From NCBI GenBank assembly GCA_044226015.1, contig JBGAHS010000007.1, positions 160,001 through 224,000 on the forward strand: a stretch of DNA of 64,000 nt, given 5' to 3'. Every line of letters begins with the position of its first letter. Within the stretch, counting starts at the first letter, position 1. The translations under genes were made by a program, and so were the position numbers. This DNA comes from Candidatus Obscuribacteraceae bacterium. GTDB taxonomy: Bacteria; Cyanobacteriota; Vampirovibrionia; Obscuribacterales; Obscuribacteraceae. Shown here piece by piece: positions 46,795 through 54,849 of this stretch. The notes beneath the pieces are model-generated. The model was given only the letters and a program-made list of their open reading frames with translations. It had not been told where the DNA came from and searched no databases.

Positions 46795-48429
46795 ATGAAG
46801 AAGGACGTGCCAATTCTTCTGATGGTGCTGCTCGCTCATGCCTTTTGCTTCCTCCCGATTTGTTTTCAGGTCGGCTTCTATTTAGATGATTGGCTTACGT
46901 TTTGGAACCTTCATTTCGCACCACATAATTTCATCGATTTGCTGAAGGCATCATTCTCAGATCCTCGAATGATTACGCGTCCGGTGCAGTGTTTTTATTA
47001 CGCAACAACTTATTTGTTCTTTGGTGATAGACCGCTGCCTTATCATCTTGTGCGCTTTGGTCTCGAGTATTTTGGCGCAGTTTGCTTGTATTTCGGCATC
47101 AAGCGTTTGAGCCTGTCTCACTTTGTTGGCGCCGTAAGCGCTCTGGTTTTCTTGCTTTATCCGAGCCACGATGCAAGCCATTATTGGATCGGCGGAGGTC
47201 TCGGACCCGGTTTCGGATTGACGCTTTTCCTGGCGAGTTTCTGTTGCTCAATGCGAGCGTTCACTACAAAGAACAGAGCGCTATATCTGGCTGCCATTGG
47301 CTTTTATGGATTGAGTGCATTTTGTTACGAAGCATTCTTACCGATGATTGTGTTCAGCTTCTGTGGTGTCTTGCTTTTGTCCGCGGAAAAACGTGTGGAT
47401 AGCCGCCTGGTCACAATGGGTTCAGTGGTGGCATGGATTCTTCCTTTCTTAGTTGTTGGTTCGCTGGAACCAATTTATCAGCGCCTTCTGCTGCCGAAAG
47501 TCGCACATGTATTTCTTTCACCATCAGCATTTGATCTGAGTTATTTCTGCAACGTGTTCGTTCAGGGCTTGAATGTCTCCCTCTTTGCTGGGCTCTGGTC
47601 ATTCCTTGCTGAACGGGTTAGAGAAGCCTGTATTTCATTCACACCGCTTCATGGCGTACAAATTGTTGGTTCTGTAGGCGCATCGCTGGCTGTTCTTGCG
47701 TTCTCGTATTCAAATGAGCAGATCAGATATCGCAGGCTATTCACCGCCGCCGCGTTCACTTTCTTTGCTTCTTATCTCACCTTCGCAGTGGCTCAGGGTT
47801 ACACTCCTGTCTTAGGCACCATGATAAATCGTGTGAACGCTGGTGCCTCTGTAGCTGTTTCAGTTCTAATTGCTTTGAGCTTCAAGTGGTTGTTAGACCA
47901 TATGCTCATTTCATCACGACGTGCCAAAGCCTACAGTGCACTCTTGGGCTTGCCATTGATTGTAGTGATGGTGCTTTCCAATCTCGCGCTTTCTTCATTT
48001 TGGATCAGCTCATGGAACGTACAAAAGAATGTACGCTTCCTGATAAGCAAGAATCGAGACCAGATTAAAGCTGGCGATTGCATCATTCTTGCTGACACAC
48101 ACCGTTATCTGAATTGGGCTCCTGTTTTCGATGGAACCTGGGACTTCCAGAGCATGTTGCGAATGACATTGAACACAAACGCCGTCTCTGGAGGTGTGGT
48201 TTGCGACAGGCTGGTAGTGGAAGGTGAAAAGGTTCACGACGTATCAGCAGCCTATGTGTGCGCAAGCTATCCCGCAAACCGTATCACGCTCTTCTTCCCG
48301 TGCGAGTCTGCCTGGGTTTCGGTGAAGTCCAGTGCTGATTTTATTGATCAGGTAAAGACAAGGTCTAAGAATATTCCAGTCAGCGCAGAAACACTGCACA
48401 CCTGGACTGTGGGTGCAGCTCAAAAGTAG
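46795..48429 (+). CDS. Polytopic membrane protein, probable GT-C-fold glycosyltransferase
   Basis: GFYLDDW after the first TM, RP motif, LLYP, YE, about 11-12 TM segments; start ATG 46795 preferred. Confidence 0.65.
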   Translation: MKKDVPILLMVLLAHAFCFLPICFQVGFYLDDWLTFWNLHFAPHNFIDLLKASFSDPRMITRPVQCFYYATTYLFFGDRPLPYHLVRFGLEYFGAVCLYFGIKRLSLSHFVGAVSALVFLLYPSHDASHYWIGGGLGPGFGLTLFLASFCCSMRAFTTKNRALYLAAIGFYGLSAFCYEAFLPMIVFSFCGVLLLSAEKRVDSRLVTMGSVVAWILPFLVVGSLEPIYQRLLLPKVAHVFLSPSAFDLSYFCNVFVQGLNVSLFAGLWSFLAERVREACISFTPLHGVQIVGSVGASLAVLAFSYSNEQIRYRRLFTAAAFTFFASYLTFAVAQGYTPVLGTMINRVNAGASVAVSVLIALSFKWLLDHMLISSRRAKAYSALLGLPLIVVMVLSNLALSSFWISSWNVQKNVRFLISKNRDQIKAGDCIILADTHRYLNWAPVFDGTWDFQSMLRMTLNTNAVSGGVVCDRLVVEGEKVHDVSAAYVCASYPANRITLFFPCESAWVSVKSSADFIDQVKTRSKNIPVSAETLHTWTVGAAQK

Positions 48430-48770
48430 CCTGGAGCAGTGCCCCAAGCGAAATTGCATTGTGAACGCTGGATACGCCCAGGAGCGATCCAGCCGGCATG
48501 GAAGTCGACAAGTTGCTCAAGCTTGCCTTGGACTTTTGGCTGTCAAATGCATTGGCGATACCTTTGACTGACCTTGGGCGCTTTCGGACCCGTCCTCCTT
48601 CGAACGGAACTTTCTACTTGGGAACTGTCAGAATTAGGAGCAAACGACTGTCCCTGAGAAAAGTTTAATTCCCGCTTTTCCAACAAGTGAATTGGAAAAC
48701 GCATTTCTCTTACAGAAATCTTGCAGTAAGAAGACTAACTGCGACCTCTTGCCAGCTGTTCGTGTCACCG

Positions 48771-49517
48771 TTATTCTGCAGCTTCGTACTTCACTACAAC
48801 TACAGTTACGTTGTCAGGTGCGCCGCCCTCAAGCGTCAGATCCACTAGTTTCTGGCAGGCTGCTTCTGGGTCCGCCGAATTACTCAAAACCTCTGCAATT
48901 TCAGCATCTTCCAGTACCGCAGTTAGCCCGTCGGTGCAAAGCAAAATCCAGTCTCCAGCCTCCAGCTTCTTGGGGCTGTGTTCGAGTTCGACTCGATCTT
49001 TATGACCTACGCAGCGGGTAATGTAGTGCTTGAAAGGTGACTCTCTCATTTGCTCTTCGGTGATGTGTCCACCGCGAAAGAGCTCCATTACTAATGAGTG
49101 ATCTTGTGTGAGTACCTCGAAGTCTTTTCCACGAATGAAATAGGCTCTGGAGTCGCCCAGGTGGCCGATATGAATGCACCCTTTGGTGTCTTGCACTCCG
49201 ACAACAACAGTCGTTCCCATGCCTTTGACAGAGGGATTTTCTTCAGAGAAACCAAAAACAGTTTCGTTAGCTCTGTTCACAGCTGCTGATAACCATTGAA
49301 TGATTGACTCTTCGTCATCAAGATCAGCTGGCGCTTCTTTCCAGAAGGCCTCTATGGCATTGACCGTGAGTCTGGAGGCGATTGATCCGCCAAGGGCGCC
49401 GCCCATTCCGTCTGCCACGACAAAAACCCGTTTGTCATCACTGACAAAATAGTTATCCTGGTTGTCTGCTCTTTTTACCCCTTGATCGCTCAAAGAGGCG
49501 GAAGTCCATTTCAACAT
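48771..49517 (-). CDS. PP2C-family Ser/Thr phosphatase (Stp1/PrpC-like)
   Basis: NQD, VADGMGG, GMGTT, GDSRAY, DHS, CTDGL, DNVT. Confidence 0.95.
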   Translation of the reverse strand: MLKWTSASLSDQGVKRADNQDNYFVSDDKRVFVVADGMGGALGGSIASRLTVNAIEAFWKEAPADLDDEESIIQWLSAAVNRANETVFGFSEENPSVKGMGTTVVVGVQDTKGCIHIGHLGDSRAYFIRGKDFEVLTQDHSLVMELFRGGHITEEQMRESPFKHYITRCVGHKDRVELEHSPKKLEAGDWILLCTDGLTAVLEDAEIAEVLSNSADPEAACQKLVDLTLEGGAPDNVTVVVVKYEAAE

Positions 49518-49660
49518 TTTCTATTGGAAAGACCTGTATGTTTTGTTCGTTGATACCCAGGGATTATATAAGGTTTGAAGCCATATGTTAGTGGCTGGCA
49601 ACATACTTCATCAAAGTCATTAATCAGATTATTTGTCAGTAGCGAAAGCAGTATTTTTCG

Positions 49661-51847
49661 ATGGACGATAACGCCAAATCTAAGATACGCGAATTGCAGA
49701 AACAGATTGCTTCTCTGCAAGAACAACTCGCTTCTGAGAAACATGAGGCAGAGGAACGAAGCCTTGCTCATGAATCAACTCTTGAAGAAATGAAAACTTT
49801 GACTGGCAAATTGTCACAGGCAAGAGACCAGGCCCTGGAAGCTTCGCGCTTGAAGTCTGAATTCCTTGCCAATATGAGTCATGAAATTCGGACCCCACTT
49901 AATGGCGTCATTGGCATGAGCGACTTGCTGTTGAGAACCAAGCTTGATCCTGAGCAACGAGAACACGTCAACATCATTCATGAATCTGCCAAAGTACTTC
50001 TTGACATAATCAACGATATTCTAGATTTCTCTAAGATTGAAGCTGGCAAGGTCGAGCTTGAAATTCTTGATTTCGAACTCATAGCAATTGTTGAAGCAAC
50101 AGCAGAGCTTCTTGCTGAAAGAGCGCGCAAAAAGAAACTAACTTTAATGACGCACGTCGACCCAAAGATACCGAAGTTATTGCGGGGAGACCCGGGACAT
50201 ATTCGACAGGTCTTGCTCAATCTGGCCAGTAATGCGATTAAATTCACGGCTTCTGGCGAGGTCATTCTTGATGTCAGTGCCGAAGAGAGTTCAGACGAAG
50301 CCACAGGCGAAAACATAATGTTGCGCTTCTCTGTTCGAGACACCGGCATTGGTATCAACAAGAGTACTTTGAAAAAACTTTTTTCCCCCTTTACTCAAGC
50401 AGATGGATCTATCACCAGAAAATATGGTGGCACAGGTTTGGGGCTTTCGATTTGCAAGGGACTTGTTGAGTTGATGGGGGGCGAAATAGGCGCCGATAGC
50501 CAGCCCAAGGAAGGTTCGGATTTCTGGTTCAAAATTCCATGCGAACGCTCTAACTTGAGCACAGAAAACATGGCTTCAAGTGATGATCATAACTTCAGTG
50601 GAAAACGTTTTCTGATTATTAGTTCAATCGAGTCGGTTACTCGAATTGTTTATTCATACGCCAGCTCGCTTGGGCTGCGTTGTGATGTTGTGCGCAACGT
50701 AAGTGATGCGCTTACTTTAATCAGGCAAGAAGCCGTCGCAAATGATCCCTTCGACTGCGCATTGATTGATGCCTCTGGATCTGAATCGGAAGCAGTCCCA
50801 TTTGCTGAAATGCTAGCCAGTGACCCAGTTGCGTCTCCCACCAAAGTGCTCATTTTGACCCTGACTTCAGTTAAACCGTCTGCTGAATCTTCTGAATCTA
50901 AGTTTGCTGCTTATCTCACTAAGCCGCTCAAGTTTTCACAGTTCGTAGATTGCATTTCCAGCGTACTCTCCAACACTGGCGCCAAAGCACTAGACCTTAC
51001 AGTCACGCAGCAGATTCCACAAATACCGCGTCCTGAAAGCAGTTTGATTCTCATAGCCGAAGACAATCCTGTCAACCAGAAGGTTGCCATTTTGCAATTG
51101 AAAAATCTAGGCTTTAATGGTCATACTGTTTCCAACGGACAGGAGGCTATTGATGCCGTACTGAGCGGAAAATATGCTCTTGTTTTGATGGACTGCCAGA
51201 TGCCTGAAATGGACGGGTTTCAAGCAACAAAAGAGATTCGCAAACTAGAGATGCAACATGGAAGACATGTGCCAGTGATTGCTATGACCGCACATGCCCT
51301 CGATGGAGACAGAGAGCGATGTATCTCTGCCGGAATGGATGACTACATAAGCAAGCCAGTTGATGCAAAAAAACTTCAGGCTGTTTTGACAAAATGGTTG
51401 AACCCCATCGAGCGCCCAGAGCCAATTTTGGGTGCAATAGAGGAAGATTCGACAGAGCGAAGAGAGGAAGACATTCCTCTTCACACTATCTCGGAAGACC
51501 CTCTGAATATCGCCAGGTTGCAGAGAACTTGCGGAGATGAGGTCGCCCGAGAAATTTTGGAAGTCTACCTGTCGGCAGCAGAAACCTTGCTTGAAGCGAT
51601 TGAAACAGAGAGAGCTAAACGTGACGCAAGGGCTGTGGAGTCTCTTGCGCATCAATTACAGGGATCATCCAATGCTATTGGTGCTTCGGAGATGGTAAGG
51701 CTAAGTAAACGATTAGAAGATATGGCTGCTTCTAACAACTGGCCGCAAGTGAAAATACTCTGTGAAGGGCTTAAGTGGTCATTCAGAAGATTGAGTCGTT
51801 ATGTGCAGTTTGCTCTGGAGCATGACTTCACTAGAAAGAGTGTGTGA
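49661..51847 (+). CDS. Cytoplasmic hybrid histidine kinase (HisKA-HATPase-REC-REC-HPt)
   Basis: [42 protein letters not shown] receiver; AHQLQGSS HPt. Confidence 0.93.
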   Translation: MDDNAKSKIRELQKQIASLQEQLASEKHEAEERSLAHESTLEEMKTLTGKLSQARDQALEASRLKSEFLANMSHEIRTPLNGVIGMSDLLLRTKLDPEQREHVNIIHESAKVLLDIINDILDFSKIEAGKVELEILDFELIAIVEATAELLAERARKKKLTLMTHVDPKIPKLLRGDPGHIRQVLLNLASNAIKFTASGEVILDVSAEESSDEATGENIMLRFSVRDTGIGINKSTLKKLFSPFTQADGSITRKYGGTGLGLSICKGLVELMGGEIGADSQPKEGSDFWFKIPCERSNLSTENMASSDDHNFSGKRFLIISSIESVTRIVYSYASSLGLRCDVVRNVSDALTLIRQEAVANDPFDCALIDASGSESEAVPFAEMLASDPVASPTKVLILTLTSVKPSAESSESKFAAYLTKPLKFSQFVDCISSVLSNTGAKALDLTVTQQIPQIPRPESSLILIAEDNPVNQKVAILQLKNLGFNGHTVSNGQEAIDAVLSGKYALVLMDCQMPEMDGFQATKEIRKLEMQHGRHVPVIAMTAHALDGDRERCISAGMDDYISKPVDAKKLQAVLTKWLNPIERPEPILGAIEEDSTERREEDIPLHTISEDPLNIARLQRTCGDEVAREILEVYLSAAETLLEAIETERAKRDARAVESLAHQLQGSSNAIGASEMVRLSKRLEDMAASNNWPQVKILCEGLKWSFRRLSRYVQFALEHDFTRKSV

Positions 51848-51941
51848 GCTCAGTTCGTAAGTCCGATTCAATAAGTCCAATTCAATTGTTGGAAAGCCTC
51901 AATGCAAAATACTCTTAACGAGTGAAATTGAGGTTTTCATC

Positions 51942-52553
51942 ATGTTTCTGACGAATGAACATGAGATTGGTGGAGAAAAAACTCCCGACGATCTCTCCTA
52001 CATCGTCAAGTTTTGCTGGCGAACCCCGCAGCACATGAAAGAAGCAATAAGAATATTGCTATCAGCTCGTCTTGATGGAGGCAAAAAGAAATTGCGCACA
52101 CGATTTGATTCAGAGAGTTCAGAAGTTATCGAAGAAGTTCATTTTCATTTGGCTGGAAATCCACATACCAGCGAAGAGGTTTTGAATTATCTTAGTAAAG
52201 TCGGCAACCCACGTATCTGTGAGCGCATAGCGCTAAACCCTCGAACGCCGGAAGAAGCCCTATGGGAACTGGCTGACCATAATGATCCCGAGGTTCGAGC
52301 TTCTGTAGGCGAGAATCCATATTGCCCGATTACGATTCTCTATCGTTTAGCAAAGGACGAACATCCTGACGTTCGTTTCCGTCTGGCAGAAAATCCTAAT
52401 CTGCCGAATTCTATCCTTGAAGAGCTTGGTGCTGACAGCAACCCCTTCATATCTTCCAGAGCCAATGCGACTTTGAGAAGACTTGCTGGTGGCGCTGTTG
52501 TTGAAGCAAAGTTTCGCTTCAACAATCAATCAAGTCAAACGCTGGCAAATTGA
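51942..52553 (+). CDS. LRV/HEAT-repeat protein
   Basis: Repeated (A)xNP(x)TP/VRxxxAENP units. Confidence 0.8.
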   Translation: MFLTNEHEIGGEKTPDDLSYIVKFCWRTPQHMKEAIRILLSARLDGGKKKLRTRFDSESSEVIEEVHFHLAGNPHTSEEVLNYLSKVGNPRICERIALNPRTPEEALWELADHNDPEVRASVGENPYCPITILYRLAKDEHPDVRFRLAENPNLPNSILEELGADSNPFISSRANATLRRLAGGAVVEAKFRFNNQSSQTLAN

Positions 52554-52574
52554 TTGACGAATTTTTGACAAAGT

Positions 52575-52606
52575 GAGAGGCGCTACAGCGCCTCTCTTTT
52601 CTTTTT
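52575..52606 (+). terminator. Intrinsic terminator
   Basis: GAGAGGCGC-taca-GCGCCTCTC followed by TTTTCTTTTT. Confidence 0.85.
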
Positions 52607-52725
52607 GGCGCAATATGCTTTTTGTATATACGTATGGGCTTTGTTGGCAGTTTCTAATGGCAAGAACTTAAATAGCTTGCTATTGTTGCTTCTTTAGCAC
52701 TTAACCTGACGCTTACAATCGAAAC

Positions 52726-52751
52726 GGAACATGAGAAGGTTACTGTCGTCT
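52726..52751 (+). promoter_or_regulatory. Putative ECF-sigma promoter
   Basis: GGAAC-N16-CGTCT upstream of ATG 52809. Confidence 0.5.
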
Positions 52752-52808
52752 CCTAAAACATCCAGACTGGAATGGCTTCCCGGACAACAACTTTTGAGGA
52801 TCAATAAA

Positions 52809-53702
52809 ATGGTGGATTTGAAATTTGGTATCAGCGCTATCGCATTATCAGCTATTCTATTTGGATATGGTGTGCAAAATTCTGAAGCTAAGAACAAATA
52901 TGACTGGCTAAATTCGGTGCAAATGCAAACCATCAATAATTTAGATGGGCAGCGTTCTCGCATAAACAGCAAGTTGGATACTGCAATTAATAGCAATCAA
53001 TTGAATCGAAATGGAGCAAACTCCATTAAGAGACAGCTTGCAGACAATATGGATATGCAAACACGATTCCTCAACGATCGCCTGCTTGACCCAACAGAAA
53101 CAACACAGCTAGTTAATAATCTCACTGCAATAGAAAATAACTTGCAGGCTCAAATTCAGTCATTCTCAGCTACACCAAGCAATATTTTGAATAACTCTAA
53201 CTTCGGTGGTTCCTGGAATAACAATCCTTTTGGAATTTCCCTCGGTAACCTGAATCCTAACAGCGATTATGCAAAAATGCACATTTCCGTTATTAACCAT
53301 GTGCAAAAGATGCAACAGCAGATCGATAAGGGCAGAGGCAATGGCAACCTAACACGCAGCGAAGCAAGCAAACTTCAAAACCAACTCAATGATATTGTTC
53401 GCCGAGACAAAGATCTGGTGCGTCAGCCAGGCAATACAAATGACATTGTTCAGACCCGCTATCTGCTTCAAAGCTGCCTGGATCTTGGTAATAGGATCAA
53501 TTACAACCTGAGCGATAACGAAACCCGCAGAAATTCCGATTGGCGTAGTGGCACCGGTAATGGTGGCAAACCAAATTGGAATAACGGCAACAACAATGGC
53601 AACCCAAATTGGAATAACGGCAACAACAACGGCAATCCAAATTGGAATAACAATAGTAATGGACATGATGGAGATGGTCATCATCACCACCACCATGATT
53701 AA
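52809..53702 (+). CDS. Secreted helical protein with Asn/Gly-rich repeats and a natural His tail
   Basis: Signal peptide from ATG 52809 (GAGG upstream); PNWNNGNNNGN repeats; ends HDGDGHHHHHHD. Confidence 0.75.
   Translation: MVDLKFGISAIALSAILFGYGVQNSEAKNKYDWLNSVQMQTINNLDGQRSRINSKLDTAINSNQLNRNGANSIKRQLADNMDMQTRFLNDRLLDPTETTQLVNNLTAIENNLQAQIQSFSATPSNILNNSNFGGSWNNNPFGISLGNLNPNSDYAKMHISVINHVQKMQQQIDKGRGNGNLTRSEASKLQNQLNDIVRRDKDLVRQPGNTNDIVQTRYLLQSCLDLGNRINYNLSDNETRRNSDWRSGTGNGGKPNWNNGNNNGNPNWNNGNNNGNPNWNNNSNGHDGDGHHHHHHD
53571..53655 (+). repeat. 33-bp coding tandem repeat (about 2.5 copies)
   Basis: CCAAATTGGAATAAC recurs at 53571, 53604 and 53637. Confidence 0.8.
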
Positions 53703-53730
53703 TTGACACTGTTCAACAGAGCACACAGAA

Positions 53731-53764
53731 AGGGAGTTGGTTTACCAACTCCCTCTTATTTTTG
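53731..53764 (+). terminator. Intrinsic terminator
   Basis: AGGGAGTTGG-ttta-CCAACTCCCT followed by CTTATTTTT. Confidence 0.8.
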
Positions 53765-53864
53765 TCATCATTTCCTTAGAAATTTTATTGGTGTTCTTGC
53801 TTTACAGTGCTCGATCTAGCTCAGCCGAAGTGAATTTTGAGCAATTTGTGAGTATTGCCACTGC

Positions 53865-53890
53865 GGAACTCGACAATTAATCTCGCGTCC
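53865..53890 (+). promoter_or_regulatory. Putative ECF-sigma promoter
   Basis: GGAAC-N16-CGTCC upstream of ATG 53935. Confidence 0.5.
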
Positions 53891-53934
53891 ACCCACGAAC
53901 AAGCATTGGTTGTAAAACAAATAGAGGAAGTGTC

Positions 53935-54699
53935 ATGGAAAAAAAAATCAAGCTTGGAGGCATCGCACTACTGACATTAGTGCTCGGTCTGTCCTCCTAC
54001 GTTAAGGTTAGTGCTAGCGATTACATCGAGGTGCCAGCTGACTCTCAGCTCTTTACAAAAGCAGAACTGGATGAGCAAAGAACCAGCATCGATGCAACGC
54101 TAACAACCGCACTGAACAATGGTCAACTCACAGATGTACAGGCTGACTCTATCAGAGCAAAGATCAGTCAAAACTGCAAACTACAGGAATCGTACATGTC
54201 CGACGGTGCTATTGATTTAGCAGAAGGTCAAGAAGTAAATCGAAGTCTGCTCGGAATTGCAGAAATGATGCAAGACGATATGCGCGCCACAGTAGCAGCT
54301 AACGCTGCTATAAGCGAAGGTGCCGTAATGGCAAACGTGCCACTGAATACCACGATCTCGACCGCTCGATTCTACAAGTACGGCTTTGGTGCTGACTTTG
54401 TAGATGGTGGTCCAGATATTGCAGCTAATGTGGCAAACTTCAACAACAAAGAGCTTTGCCTTTCAGCTCAACTTGAGGAAGGGCGCTCTGATGGTCGCCT
54501 CTCTGGTACCGAATACTTTTTCTTAAAAGGGAAGTTGAACGATCTTGCTGCTCGCACACAGCAAATAGCTGACTTGCGCAGACATTTCACCTGGACTGAG
54601 CAAGAAAAAATGGTGGGCAAGCTAAATGACTTGCAAGCGCATGTGAATGACCATCTGAGCGATAACGAAATCGCTTCAGTTAGCAAAGTAACAATGTAG
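53935..54699 (+). CDS. Secreted hypothetical protein, paralog of 52809-53702
   Basis: Signal peptide; shares LDxQRxxIxxxLxTAxNxxQL, GRxxGxL and LSDNE motifs with the upstream gene. Confidence 0.75.
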   Translation: MEKKIKLGGIALLTLVLGLSSYVKVSASDYIEVPADSQLFTKAELDEQRTSIDATLTTALNNGQLTDVQADSIRAKISQNCKLQESYMSDGAIDLAEGQEVNRSLLGIAEMMQDDMRATVAANAAISEGAVMANVPLNTTISTARFYKYGFGADFVDGGPDIAANVANFNNKELCLSAQLEEGRSDGRLSGTEYFFLKGKLNDLAARTQQIADLRRHFTWTEQEKMVGKLNDLQAHVNDHLSDNEIASVSKVTM

Positions 54700-54796
54700 A
54701 AAAGCTTGGAACTCATCAGGGTTCCTTGAAAATGGAGAGAGCAGAAGCCGTGAATTCTGTTCTCTCCTCTAAAAATGAGGAATCTTGGCGCCTGAA

Positions 54797-54829
54797 GAAA
54801 AAAGCGGAATCTTTCGACTCCGCTTTTTC
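54797..54829 (-). terminator. Intrinsic terminator of the GS gene (possibly bidirectional)
   Basis: Minus strand GCGGAGTC-gaaa-GATTCCGC-TTTTTT, with a T run on both strands; a second hairpin lies at 54734-54767. Confidence 0.8.
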
Positions 54830-54849
54830 ATATAGTTATCTACTCGAAT

